DNA of 64,000 bases from Candidatus Omnitrophota bacterium (GTDB lineage Bacteria; Omnitrophota; Gorgyraeia; Zapsychrales; Fredricksoniimonadaceae): positions 75,364 to 139,363 of the forward strand of contig CAIOPG010000017.1 of assembly GCA_903860135.1 (NCBI GenBank). Direction: 5' to 3'. A program made the translations under genes and the position numbers. Positions 37,203 to 51,595 of the stretch are shown here, piece after piece. Each line of letters begins with the position of its first letter. Position 1 is the first letter of the stretch. Below the pieces are notes generated by a model. It was given only the letters and a program-made list of their open reading frames with translations. It was not told the origin of the DNA and did not search any database.

Positions 37203-37934
37203 TCAACCCACCAACGTTCCGATATTTTCACCAAGAACAGCCTTCTTGATGTTGCCTTCGTGCATCAGGTTGAACACATGGATCGGGAGTTCATTATCCA
37301 TGCACATGCTGATCGCGGTAGAATCCATGACTTTCAGATTTTGCTTGAGCACATCCATGAATTTCAGGCGATCATATTTCTTGGCCGCAGGATCTTTCAT
37401 CGGATCGGCCGAATATATCCCGTCGACCTTGGTCGCTTTCATGATAACCTCGGCCTTGATCTCGCTGGCCCTCAGCGCGGCGGCTGTATCCGTCGTAAAG
37501 AAAGGATTGCCTGTGCCCGCAACAAAGATGACAATACGGCCTTTTTCCAAATGACGCACAGCCCGGCGAACAATATACGGCTCGGCAACAGCATGCATTT
37601 CAATGGCTGTCATGACCCGGCAAGCAAGGCCAAGCTGTTCGAGCGCATTCTGCAACGCGAGGCCGTTGAGCACCGTCGCCAGCATCCCCATGTAATCTGC
37701 CACAGAACGGTCAAGGCCAAAACGCTTCGATTCAAACTGGCCGCGAAAAATATTTCCAGCCCCCACCACCAGAGCCACCTGAACACCCAAGGTATGCACT
37801 TCCTTGATCTGCGCCGCAAACCCGGCGCAAACATCCGCATCAATGCCATGCCCCTGCTTGCCCTGAAGGGCTTCGCCGCTGAGCTTGAGCAAAATTCTTT
37901 TATAAACAGGTTTTTTGTTTGGCAAAACGCCCAC
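37203..37934 (-). CDS. pyrH: UMP kinase
   Basis: …[11 protein letters not shown]… and amino-acid-kinase fold. Confidence 0.9.
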   Translation of the reverse strand: MGVLPNKKPVYKRILLKLSGEALQGKQGHGIDADVCAGFAAQIKEVHTLGVQVALVVGAGNIFRGQFESKRFGLDRSVADYMGMLATVLNGLALQNALEQLGLACRVMTAIEMHAVAEPYIVRRAVRHLEKGRIVIFVAGTGNPFFTTDTAAALRASEIKAEVIMKATKVDGIYSADPMKDPAAKKYDRLKFMDVLKQNLKVMDSTAISMCMDNELPIHVFNLMHEGNIKKAVLGENIGTLVG

Positions 37935-37946
37935 CTATATTAATGA

Positions 37947-38453
37947 TCATTCACCGATCTTGTAACGCGTGAATCGACCGATCAGGATATTTTCACCTGT
38001 CTTGGCAATAAGTTCGTTCAAAAGATCCTGAATGCTCTTCGATGAATCCTTAACAAAAGGCTGTTCGAGCAGGCAAACAGCCGACAACTCAACACCGCCT
38101 TCTAAAACAGCCGCCGGCACATCCTCTTTCTTGATGTACTTGGGTGCCATGGCCGCAATGTGCATGGCGATATCCCTGGAAAACTGGACGAAGAAATCAT
38201 TGCGCGCCACAAAATCCGTTTCACAATTAACCTCAACGAGAACGCCGATCCTGTTTCCGTTGTGCACATAGGCCTCGACACGGCCTTCATTGGCCGCACG
38301 TGACGCTTTCTTGAGGGCCATCTGGAGCCCTTTCTCACGCAATATATCCTTGGCTTTGGCAATATTCCCGCCAGCCTGCTCCAGCGCCTTCTTGCAATCT
38401 ATAATACCGCAATTAGTCAGTTCACGTAATTCTTTAATGGCATCGAGCGACAT
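37947..38453 (-). CDS. tsf: elongation factor Ts (short form)
   Basis: N-terminal UBA-like …[29 protein letters not shown]…; 168 aa. Confidence 0.8.
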   Translation of the reverse strand: MSLDAIKELRELTNCGIIDCKKALEQAGGNIAKAKDILREKGLQMALKKASRAANEGRVEAYVHNGNRIGVLVEVNCETDFVARNDFFVQFSRDIAMHIAAMAPKYIKKEDVPAAVLEGGVELSAVCLLEQPFVKDSSKSIQDLLNELIAKTGENILIGRFTRYKIGE

Positions 38454-38459
38454 GATGTA

Positions 38460-39359
38460 TTACTCCTTTTCCGCAACAGTCTTCTTGACAACCTTCTTCT
38501 TGGTCGCTTCCTTGGCGCGTTCGACCTTTTCATCGTATTCCACAAGGCCTTCAACCAGGCTTTCCACAATAACCTGGGGAACAACGCCCTCGGCCACAGC
38601 CAACGGAACGGCCGTTTCGACCACCGCTACTTCAACCGCTGCAACTTCTGGCAAAGGAGCTTTTTCTTCGCCGGAAAACTCTTTGCGGCCTTCGATGATA
38701 CTATCGGTCACCAGCCCCGCGATCAAGCGGATAGACTTCACCGCATCATCGTTGGCCGGAATGGGGCAATCGATCATATCCGGATCGCTATTGGTATCGA
38801 TCATGGCAATGATCGGGATGTTAAGCCTTCGGCATTCCTTGACCGCGATATCTTCCTTCTTGACGTCAACAAGAAAAATGGCATCGGGAAGGCGAACCAT
38901 ATCACGGATACCGCCAAGGTCGTTCATCAGGCGCCCACGCTCCTTGTTGAGCAGCGCGATCTCTTTCTTGGTGAGGCGGTCAAAAACGCCGTCTTTTTCC
39001 ATGCGCTCAATATCCAGAAGCTTGCGGATGGATTTCTTGACAGTTTCAAAGTTAGTAAGCAGGCCACCCATCCAGCGGCTGTTCACGTAAAACATACCCG
39101 AACGCTGAGCCTCCTGGAGAACAACTTCCTGGGCCTGTTTCTTGGTACCTACAAATAAAAAACGCCCGCCTTTCGCCGAAATGTTACGCGCGAATTCCCG
39201 GGCCTGTGTGAGGCAATCAACCGTCTTCTCGAGATCAATAACGTAAATGCCACTGCGCTCGCCAAAAATGTACTTCTTCATCTTGGGATTCCACCGGCGC
39301 GTCTGGTGGCCGAAATGAACACCCGCATCAAGTAACTGCCTGATCAACTCCATCGCCAT
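38460..39359 (-). CDS. rpsB: 30S ribosomal protein S2 with acidic/Val-rich C-terminal extension
   Basis: …LLDAGVHFGHQTRRWNPKM…; ~60-aa low-complexity tail. Confidence 0.9.
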   Translation of the reverse strand: MAMELIRQLLDAGVHFGHQTRRWNPKMKKYIFGERSGIYVIDLEKTVDCLTQAREFARNISAKGGRFLFVGTKKQAQEVVLQEAQRSGMFYVNSRWMGGLLTNFETVKKSIRKLLDIERMEKDGVFDRLTKKEIALLNKERGRLMNDLGGIRDMVRLPDAIFLVDVKKEDIAVKECRRLNIPIIAMIDTNSDPDMIDCPIPANDDAVKSIRLIAGLVTDSIIEGRKEFSGEEKAPLPEVAAVEVAVVETAVPLAVAEGVVPQVIVESLVEGLVEYDEKVERAKEATKKKVVKKTVAEKE

Positions 39360-39507
39360 ACATGCTCCTTTTATTACTGCTCCGTCGTGTAAAGATCAGA
39401 AGTGAAGACGGAAACGATTTGCCCCGGAGTTACCCCCGGTTGAAGCCTGCGGCCATTTCACTTCATTCCAAGCCGCACACCCCGTTAGTAAAATTTAATT
39501 GCCCGTT

Positions 39508-39536
39508 AGTATATCCAAAGGTAAAAAGGAATGCAA
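39508..39536 (-). promoter_or_regulatory. promoter TTGCAT-N17-TATACT upstream of the rpsB-tsf-pyrH-frr operon (~150-nt leader)
   Basis: Minus strand gTTGCATtcctttttacctttggaTATACTaacg. Confidence 0.45.
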
Positions 39537-39571
39537 CCATTTCTTTTTCAGATTTTGCAATAGACTATTTC

Positions 39572-39600
39572 TTTACGATTACCCAAAAGTCTGGTATAAC
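39572..39600 (+). promoter_or_regulatory. candidate promoter TTTACG-N17-TATAAC for tRNA-Ser
   Basis: ctTTTACGattacccaaaagtctggTATAAC ~45 nt upstream of tRNA. Confidence 0.3.
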
Positions 39601-39645
39601 GTATTCCTGAGTTCCACGCTAATTGTTCGCTTTGATATTATTTCT

Positions 39646-39730
39646 GGAGAGGTGGCAGAGTGGCCGAATGCGGCGGTCTTGAAAACCGTTGACCCAAAAG
39701 GTCCGTGAGTTCGAATCTCACCTTCTCCGT
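39646..39730 (+). tRNA. tRNA-Ser (TGA)
   Basis: GGAGAGGTGGCAGAGTGGCCGAATGCGGCGGTCTTGAAAACCG… long variable arm; T-run follows. Confidence 0.85.
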
Positions 39731-39737
39731 TTTTTCT

Positions 39738-42700
39738 TTACCCTTTGGCCGATTGTTTATCAGCCGGATTTGCCTCTAGCCCGAGCAAAAGCAAGGGATT
39801 GGCGATCGGGACAATGTTCAGGATAACCCCCTCGACCCCCGTAAAATCCCAACGCTTGAACTCCGCCACCATCGCCGGATCAAACGTCATCTCCACGCCC
39901 CGCCCGTCTTTGGTAACGTCCATATCCATCTTCTTGGCGTTTAAGTCAATACCACCCTGTCGCTTAACAACCGGCGGAGCGTTCTGTCCGCTATCCGCTA
40001 CATGAGCCCATTCTTTAATGGTTGCAATATCATCTACCGTATCCGGTCCCATAGCTGCCTTAATGCCATCAGGAAACGTTGTTCGATTTTTGCTATTTAT
40101 ACCACTTGCCACCGTAATGGGAACTGTAGGATATTCCTCATTAATCCTTGTTATCAATGCCAACGCTTCGTTTGTATTATCTGCTCCACCCTTAACCATT
40201 GGTTTTAATTTCAACGCATCTGAGCCGTTAGCTGTGGCCAGTTTAACCTCCCCCGAAACATCCTGAGCAAGCATATTAATGCCGGCAACTACAACAATGT
40301 CTTTCCCATCGTTACTCGCCGCTTGACGTGCTGCACTTATTTCATCTTTTTCCAAAACTGTGTTTGCTATTAAAACATCGGCCCCTGCGTTCACAGCCTC
40401 CACCAAACCTCCCGATTTAACCGTTTGCGCCAGAAACGCATTCGGATACAAACTTCTTGCTAAGCGCATACTTTTGGCATTTGGCAATTCTGGAATTAAG
40501 CCTGCCTCAATCGTGGCCTTGAGGCCTGCGGCCATTTTATTGGGTTTTTTGGCATAAATATCATGCAGGCCAAGAACATCTCCACCCTGAATGAACTTAC
40601 GCACAGCAGGTGCTTTTGATACCTGCAAACCCAAATCCGCAAATATACGAATTACTACTTTTTTACTATTATATAAAAAGATTCTAGCATTTTCTCCAAG
40701 AAGAACGTTAAGTACTAAACCATCGCCCTCCTGCGAAACACTGACTGTATCACCAATTCGAGGATGCACAGGGTATTCATTCCCATACTCATGTGCCCAC
40801 TTGTTATTGGTAGCGTTATCTTGCGTCTCAGCATCCATTAACTCCTCCACAGAATATTCTTGCTCTTTTGACTCCAATAAAATTTTTTGTGTAGCTACAG
40901 CCAAATTTTTCATCTTTTGTGAAACTTCAGCCAAATTAGCTCCTTTATTCATTAATAAAGACAATCGGACTCCCGCCTTTGTAGTAGTCGAACCTTCAAA
41001 CCAGTCATTACCCCGATAATTAATCACGTCATAGACAAATTTAATGCCCATCATTTTGGACATCGTTTTCAATAAAGGAATAGCGACCTCGTATTGGCGA
41101 TTTTCTGACTTATACAACTCTAAATATTTTCGTGAAAAGAAACCAGAACGCTGCACAGGAAATTGATCGAGTGCTGAAATAATCACTCCCAAAGCACCAT
41201 AAACTTCCTCGCCAGAAAACTTTCCAATGAGGGAGGTAATGCTCTTTTTTTTAAGTAGTGCTATTTGTTCATCAGAAAGAGCCTCTCCCGCACCTTTCGC
41301 CGCCGGGTCGATTGTCCCTGTGGAAAGGGTATTACTGACTTCTTCCAAATTAATATACCTAGGAAATGTTTCATTCGTTAATTTGAAATCTATAGTTTTA
41401 CCATTAATCAGTGGCATTTCCTTTAGATCAATATATTTCTTTCCCGCTGGAAAGTTATCTCCCAACAAATCGCGACCATCTCTGGCTACAAGCTTCCCAT
41501 CTGGCGTCGCCATATAAAGACTCAACCCGCGATTACTACGCCCACCTGTAGTTTCAACGATGAACAACCCGTTAAAATATATAATTTCAAAAACTTTTCC
41601 GCCCCCCTCGATATCGAAAGAATGGAAATCACGCTCGCGATAAGATTTCCAATACAATCTTTTGCCCTTTGGATCAACTTTTACAGACATGTTGTCTTTA
41701 TATGCAAAATTAATCTGTATTTCTTTTCCAAAATCATCCTTGCCAAACTCGATCGGTACATACGTTTGATTATCGTTAATATTTATTAACGAACCCTGTT
41801 CTTCCGCCATCTTCGTTGAATTATCCCTTACTTCCGCCGCCGCGTCGACGTATGCTATAAGTACATCTGTAATCGATCTCAGCGCATTTTTTAGACTTGA
41901 TAAATCATCTATATTAAAATTTCTTGTTAAATCAGGTAAATATCTACGAATGGTAGTAACAACAGGATTCATTGTATCCTGAAAACGATCTTTAATATCT
42001 TTTTTAATAAAAAGGGCGTTTAATGAATTAAGTTCCGTTATATCTTGATTTAACGTTTGTAATTTAGTTATTAGTCCTGGCGCAGTAGGATTGATATTCA
42101 CATTCATCGGTGGATGTTCAAAAAAATGTATGAAATTCCGAATCTTAGTTTGCATTCTTCGAAGTATTCTTATGCCAGCAAGCACCTCTTTTTCATTCAC
42201 CGCCGCGTCGGTTACCTTTTGAGAATTGTTAACATTATTTTCTCTCTTGAAGGCAACACTAACACTACCCGATGTTGATTGAGCATTCGAAATCAAAGTC
42301 CGTTCTTCCCCAGTTACATCCCTATTCGCATGTACAACCTCGGCATTTTCAGGACGAACATTCAGCCCACCCGAAAAATACTTCCGGGGCAAGGGGTCGC
42401 GGGTTAGGGCGTCCACATCTTCCTTGATATAGTTGAACACGCCTTTCTTGTAGGCCTGCAGGTACTGGTCGTATATCTTGGTCGACACGGCCGGGTCATC
42501 GGAGAGGACGCCGCTGGTTTTATCTTTATTGCTGTAGACCTGATTCAAGAGGGCATCTTTCAAGGCGAGCTTGTACCAGGAGGCGAGGATCATCGAATAG
42601 AACATCTGGCGCAACAAAGCGAAGTTCTGGCCTTCATTGACTTCTTTTTCGATCTCGGGAATCACAATGTCGCGGATGACTTGCTTGGCGAGTTCCTGCG

Positions 42701-43433
42701 TCCCCCTCCCATCCCCTCCCCGCGCTGAGGCGGGGGCGGGTGCGATATCCGAAACGGCATCGCCAGTGCGCACGCCGGCAAGCTGTGCGGCCTGATAGTC
42801 GGATTCGAGCATGACTTTCAGGTGCGCGCCGACGACATAGGCGATATTGTTGCGTTCGAAGATCTTTGACTTCTCGGAGGTGATCCAGACTTTATTGAAC
42901 GTATCAACCGGGATATCCGTTGTGCCAAATTGCTCCTTGGCCTTGGTGTAGATCCGGTTCCAGAACGCCTTGCCCAGGTCCTTCTCGGGATATATAAGGG
43001 AAGCGGTCAACTGCTTGAGGATATAATCCTGCGCCAGCATGTCGCGCCCCATCTCGGTCTTGCCGAGTTCCTGCGGGATGATGCGGTCTTTTTCGTAGGG
43101 ACTCAAATTAACCCAAAGATCCTCTTCCTTGATCGTCAGCGACGCCAGGAAATACTTGATCAGCTTCTGCGCTTCAACCTTAAACGCCGGGTCATCGATC
43201 TTGAGGTCTTTCCTGCCGCTATCAACTATAAAGTCAAATAACAGCGGGTTCTCCGGATGCACCCTGACCCCCTTCATCAAGACCGGCATAAACGCCGGCG
43301 TCAACCCCACCATCGTGCCCGGCACCGGCAAGTTCAGCGTCTGCGCATAGGCCCTGGGCGGGATCACGGTAGTTGCCAGAAAACTGACCAGCACCCAGGC
43401 TGACATCAGGCGAAAAGTTAATGTTTTTTTCAT
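39738..43433 (-). CDS. giant secreted protein (~1230 aa) of unknown function with TIM-barrel-like C-terminal region
   Basis: GGGGG RBS + ATG; signal peptide MKKTLTFRLMSAWVLVSFLATTVIPPRAYA; GC-rich N- and C-terminal thirds flank an AT-rich central third; C-terminal …GADVLIANTV…IVVVAGINM…ITVASGIN… alternating beta/alpha pattern. Confidence 0.7.
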   Translation of the reverse strand: MKKTLTFRLMSAWVLVSFLATTVIPPRAYAQTLNLPVPGTMVGLTPAFMPVLMKGVRVHPENPLLFDFIVDSGRKDLKIDDPAFKVEAQKLIKYFLASLTIKEEDLWVNLSPYEKDRIIPQELGKTEMGRDMLAQDYILKQLTASLIYPEKDLGKAFWNRIYTKAKEQFGTTDIPVDTFNKVWITSEKSKIFERNNIAYVVGAHLKVMLESDYQAAQLAGVRTGDAVSDIAPAPASARGGDGRGTQELAKQVIRDIVIPEIEKEVNEGQNFALLRQMFYSMILASWYKLALKDALLNQVYSNKDKTSGVLSDDPAVSTKIYDQYLQAYKKGVFNYIKEDVDALTRDPLPRKYFSGGLNVRPENAEVVHANRDVTGEERTLISNAQSTSGSVSVAFKRENNVNNSQKVTDAAVNEKEVLAGIRILRRMQTKIRNFIHFFEHPPMNVNINPTAPGLITKLQTLNQDITELNSLNALFIKKDIKDRFQDTMNPVVTTIRRYLPDLTRNFNIDDLSSLKNALRSITDVLIAYVDAAAEVRDNSTKMAEEQGSLININDNQTYVPIEFGKDDFGKEIQINFAYKDNMSVKVDPKGKRLYWKSYRERDFHSFDIEGGGKVFEIIYFNGLFIVETTGGRSNRGLSLYMATPDGKLVARDGRDLLGDNFPAGKKYIDLKEMPLINGKTIDFKLTNETFPRYINLEEVSNTLSTGTIDPAAKGAGEALSDEQIALLKKKSITSLIGKFSGEEVYGALGVIISALDQFPVQRSGFFSRKYLELYKSENRQYEVAIPLLKTMSKMMGIKFVYDVINYRGNDWFEGSTTTKAGVRLSLLMNKGANLAEVSQKMKNLAVATQKILLESKEQEYSVEELMDAETQDNATNNKWAHEYGNEYPVHPRIGDTVSVSQEGDGLVLNVLLGENARIFLYNSKKVVIRIFADLGLQVSKAPAVRKFIQGGDVLGLHDIYAKKPNKMAAGLKATIEAGLIPELPNAKSMRLARSLYPNAFLAQTVKSGGLVEAVNAGADVLIANTVLEKDEISAARQAASNDGKDIVVVAGINMLAQDVSGEVKLATANGSDALKLKPMVKGGADNTNEALALITRINEEYPTVPITVASGINSKNRTTFPDGIKAAMGPDTVDDIATIKEWAHVADSGQNAPPVVKRQGGIDLNAKKMDMDVTKDGRGVEMTFDPAMVAEFKRWDFTGVEGVILNIVPIANPLLLLGLEANPADKQSAKG

Positions 43434-43523
43434 AGACGCCCCCTTAGGCACTAAAACTATATTTAATGGAATAATGACAAAAGAAAGATAGCATATATTC
43501 TTGTAAAATGCAAAATTAAAACG

Positions 43524-43558
43524 CAAAAAATCCGCTTCAGTCTTGCGACCAAAGCGGA
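43524..43558 (-). terminator. rho-independent terminator at the end of the rRNA operon (downstream of 5S)
   Basis: Minus strand TCCGCTTtggtcgcaagactgAAGCGGAttttttgcgtttt. Confidence 0.5.
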
Positions 43559-43573
43559 TCAGTTGAAATAAAA

Positions 43574-43688
43574 CCGGTAACTATCTACTCTCCCACACCC
43601 AAAGGGTGAAGTACCATTGACCTTGAAGGGCTTAACTTCCGTATTCGGAATGGGAACGGGTGTTGCCCCTTCAGCAAAGCTACCGGAA
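43574..43688 (-). rRNA. rrf: 5S ribosomal RNA
   Basis: uuccgguagcuuugcugaagggg…cccguucccauuccgaauacggaaguuaagccc…gggagaguagauaguuaccgg. Confidence 0.8.
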
Positions 43689-43750
43689 AATATTTAACAA
43701 TTATGTAATGTAGGATAGAAATACAACGTCATCTGTAGATGAAAAATAAA

Positions 43751-46685
<2,935 letters not shown>

Positions 46686-46821
46686 CTTTATAACTTGATC
46701 AAATATTGCGCAAACTACAGATTAAATTGTAGTTTTATCCTACATTACATAATTGTCAAAGAACAAGCCCCAATAAAAAATTGGGGCAAAATATCTTGCA
46801 ATCTTATTGCCATTCATGCTC

Positions 46822-46898
46822 TGGTGGAGCTGAGGAGGATTGAACTCCTGACCCCCTGCTTGCAAAGCAGGTGCTCTCCCAAACTGAGCTACAGCCCC
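46822..46898 (-). tRNA. tRNA-Ala (TGC), CCA encoded
   Basis: ggggctgtagctcagtttgggagagcacctgctTTGCAagcaggg…ctccacca in the 16S-23S spacer. Confidence 0.85.
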
Positions 46899-46938
46899 AA
46901 AAAGAAAAGAAAGAATAATGCTATTCTAAGTTTCTAAA

Positions 46939-47012
46939 TGGGCCCGAGTGGGATCGAACCACTGACCCTCGCCTTATCAAGACGATGCTCTAACCAGCTG
47001 AGCTACGGGCCC
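46939..47012 (-). tRNA. tRNA-Ile (GAT)
   Basis: gggcccgtagctcagctggttagagcatcgtcttGATaaggcgagg…. Confidence 0.85.
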
Positions 47013-47263
47013 GAAATGTGCTCGAGGTCAATGATTTAATCTCCGATCAGTCTTTACACCATGCACTGACCATTAATCAAAATATATGCTGTCCATCCCA
47101 TCATCACGATGGGATGGACAGACTGAAATATTTTAGCCAAGTCATTCCGGGAGAATTATCCCCTGAATGACACATGTTTTCTTTGGAAAAAACATGCTTG
47201 AATATTCTGCTTGTCTTTCGACAAACAATGTTTTTCCTACCGACATTCCTTCGAATGAAGAAT

Positions 47264-48806
<1,543 letters not shown>

Positions 48807-48901
48807 AAAAATGAACTTGGCTAAATAAAAAAAATACTAATGGGCAATAAGATTGTCAAAGAACGATTGCTGCTCGAAAATCTCTTCTTCTGAGGTTTTC
48901 A

Positions 48902-48929
48902 ATTGTAACAGGCAATAAAATTATGTCAA
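48902..48929 (-). promoter_or_regulatory. rRNA operon promoter P2, TTGACA-N16-TACAAT
   Basis: Minus strand cTTGACAtaattttattgcctgtTACAATtg. Confidence 0.45.
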
Positions 48930-49080
48930 GAAGTTTTTTGCTTCTTTTAAAAATGTTTTCAGCAGTAATTACTTATTACGGCTTCGGGCATTTTTGTTTA
49001 TCTTCTGTAGAGCGATCCGATCCGGTAAAACTCTTGCTGCAGAACACTTGCAGTAAAACCACTGGAAACGAATGAAGAGA

Positions 49081-49109
49081 ACTATACACTTCGGATTATA
49101 GAATGTCAA
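49081..49109 (-). promoter_or_regulatory. rRNA operon promoter P1, TTGACA-N17-TATAGT
   Basis: Minus strand cTTGACAttctataatccgaagtgTATAGTtc. Confidence 0.45.
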
Positions 49110-49176
49110 GTAAAGAGTTTGTTTTTGTTATGATAAAATACATATCCCGTCGATGTAACGGCATTCACGCCCGAGA

Positions 49177-49587
49177 TTATTCTTTTTTAAAACGGGCCGC
49201 CAGAGCGGTAAAAAGGGCTTTCGCTACCGTTTTTTTGGCAAGCAAACTACGCGAAGACAGCTCCACAAGGATGCCTTCGCCGTGCAATGATTCCGACAAA
49301 AACACGCCCACCTCAGTCGTATCGACGCACCCGGGTATTTTCATCAAAACAACAAGCCCCCGGACACGATCTTTCGAAAAGATATAATACCCTTTCTCGC
49401 CCGCGACATTCATGATAGCGTCAAAACAGGCGTTGATCGCGCACGGATAGCTCTGATAGATCGCATCAACCCGCGCATCTTCCAGGGCTCTAACCGAAAC
49501 GCCAGCGACGCTGGCCGGCATATCCGACAACGCCGAACAGCCGGATAACCCAACAAGGCAACAAATCACAGTTAATGTTTTTATCAT
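49177..49587 (-). CDS. hypothetical lipoprotein
   Basis: Signal peptide + lipobox MIKTLTVICCLVGLSGC; 136 aa. Confidence 0.55.
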   Translation of the reverse strand: MIKTLTVICCLVGLSGCSALSDMPASVAGVSVRALEDARVDAIYQSYPCAINACFDAIMNVAGEKGYYIFSKDRVRGLVVLMKIPGCVDTTEVGVFLSESLHGEGILVELSSRSLLAKKTVAKALFTALAARFKKE

Positions 49588-49643
49588 AAGACCCGTATTA
49601 TATTAATGAAGAAACAAGCCCTTTAAAGACATCGCGCGTCAAT

Positions 49644-50459
49644 TTAACCCGCCCTCTGTTGATCCACAACCGACGTTAACGATGGTTGAGCGGCATTTTC
49701 ACGCAAACGCTCCAAACCAGCCGTATACGCACGCATCTTCGTCAATTCATTCTGTAAATACTCGTTTTTCTGTAGCTGAACGCTATTCACCGTCTCGAGC
49801 TCTTGGATCTTCTCCAAAGACGCCACTGCCTCTTGCTTCACAGGTGCGGCATCAGAAGCTGGCACTGCAAGCTCTTTAAACTTCGCATTATCTATTTGCA
49901 ACTGCTCCATCTCAATACTCATTATATGCATCTTGCGCAAACCGTCATCCCTGGAAGTCTCTAACGCACCCTGCAAAACACCCGCTGCTGACAAATCCGC
50001 CTTCAAACGACCAACCTCCGCTGTAAGCGATTCAATGGCTTCCATTTTTTGACTCAGTTCAACGGAGGACGACTCCATCTTCACCCTGAAGGACTCATTC
50101 TCCGCACGACAACGGATCAAGGCCGTGTCATCCGGTACAGCCGACAATTCATCCAGCTTGAGCCTTAAACCCTGATTCTCCCGTCTCAAATCAATCATTT
50201 CATTTGTCTCGGACTCTCCCCGCGACTGGCCCTGCATCTGTGCGAGCAAAAGCTCTTCTTTGAGCCGGCAAACCTGTTCCTGCAACACCACCCGTTCGCC
50301 TTTAGTTTCCTGGTCAGACGGCAAAGAACCTGAATCCACACCATGGGTAACCGGCTGTTGCGGCACAAGCAATGAATCATTTTTTAGCTCCGTCCAAAGC
50401 CAAAAACAAACCCCCATCGCCACGCAAAGAATCCCGATCAGAAGTATTAGCACAAACAT
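49644..50459 (-). CDS. membrane-anchored coiled-coil protein
   Basis: N-terminal TM MFVLILLIGILCVAMGVCFWLW followed by heptad-rich Q/E/L sequence. Confidence 0.55.
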   Translation of the reverse strand: MFVLILLIGILCVAMGVCFWLWTELKNDSLLVPQQPVTHGVDSGSLPSDQETKGERVVLQEQVCRLKEELLLAQMQGQSRGESETNEMIDLRRENQGLRLKLDELSAVPDDTALIRCRAENESFRVKMESSSVELSQKMEAIESLTAEVGRLKADLSAAGVLQGALETSRDDGLRKMHIMSIEMEQLQIDNAKFKELAVPASDAAPVKQEAVASLEKIQELETVNSVQLQKNEYLQNELTKMRAYTAGLERLRENAAQPSLTSVVDQQRAG

Positions 50460-50466
50460 CCCCCTC

Positions 50467-51435
50467 TCATAAGTAGGATTTTTCCTTTAAATAGTGCGCA
50501 TAATCATGCACGGCCGCCTCGAGTGACGTAAACGGTCGATCATACCCGGCTTTTCGCAAACGCCCCATATCCGCCTCGGTAAAATACTGGTATTTATCAC
50601 GCAAAACTTCTGGCATGGGAACATACTCGATCTTCCCCGGAGATCCGACTGCCGCAAACAAGGCCGCGGCCACCGCGTTCCATGTACGGGCATGGCCCGT
50701 GCCAACATTGTAAATACCGTTAACTTTGGGATTGCCCATCAAATAAAAGACAACATCAACAACGTCTTTAACGTAAATGAAATCACGCATCTGTTCACCG
50801 TCAGAAAATCCGTCCCGGTGAGACTTAAAGAGCGTCATCTTATCTTCAGATACAACTTTGGCATACGCCTTGGCTATAACACTCTTCATATCCCCTTTAT
50901 GATATTCATTGGGGCCAAATACATTAAAGAATTTCAAGCCGACAACTTTATCATAAAGATTCTGATCAAGCACCCAGGTATCAAACATCTGCTTTGACTC
51001 ACCATAATAATTTAACGGACGACACTGGCGGATAAGCTCCGGGGCATCCGAATAGCCACCTTCACCACTGCCATAAGTGGCGGCAGAACTGGCATAGATC
51101 AGACGGGCATTCTTGCGCAATGACCAGCGGGCCATATGACACGAATATTCAAAATTATTCCGACGGTAATATTCACGATCCTGTCCGGTTGTTGACGAGC
51201 AGGCCCCCATATGCAAGACAGCCGTTATATGATCCCTGATCCCGTCAGAAAGCATGAGCTGAAGAAAATCACACTTGTCATAAAAAGCCTTATATTTCTT
51301 TCCGGCAAGATTACGCTGCTTGAGGCCGTCGGCATCCCAGCGGTCAACAACCAGAATATCCGCCACGCCACGTTTGTTCAGCTCGGCAATAAGACAACTC
51401 CCGATAAATCCCGCCCCACCAGTTACGACAATCAC
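50467..51435 (-). CDS. hldD: ADP-L-glycero-D-manno-heptose-6-epimerase
   Basis: MIVVTGGAGFIGS… NAD-binding Rossmann + SDR-like core; 322 aa. Confidence 0.8.
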   Translation of the reverse strand: MIVVTGGAGFIGSCLIAELNKRGVADILVVDRWDADGLKQRNLAGKKYKAFYDKCDFLQLMLSDGIRDHITAVLHMGACSSTTGQDREYYRRNNFEYSCHMARWSLRKNARLIYASSAATYGSGEGGYSDAPELIRQCRPLNYYGESKQMFDTWVLDQNLYDKVVGLKFFNVFGPNEYHKGDMKSVIAKAYAKVVSEDKMTLFKSHRDGFSDGEQMRDFIYVKDVVDVVFYLMGNPKVNGIYNVGTGHARTWNAVAAALFAAVGSPGKIEYVPMPEVLRDKYQYFTEADMGRLRKAGYDRPFTSLEAAVHDYAHYLKEKSYL

Positions 51436-51595
51436 AGCATCAACCCCCTTCTTACCTGAACACTATAAATCCAATAACTTCCCTCCAACGGCACAACCTA
51501 TAGGCATACACCGCCTGATCCGCAGGATCATTCATAAGAAATGATAACATACCGCAAAGAACAGCTCAAGAATTTCACCCTCATTTAACCCGTGT

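Noticed and set aside
38460-39359. S2 C-terminal extension and the short 168-aa EF-Ts as anomalies
   Set aside because: Both variations are common among bacterial lineages, and there is no evidence of disruption.
42705-42745. Low-complexity insert in the giant gene as a bona fide third copy of the 45-bp inverted repeat
   Set aside because: Similarity is limited to a G/C-rich ~20-mer (ccccctcccat.cccc) and could be chance. It is reported only as a cautious note inside the giant-protein finding.
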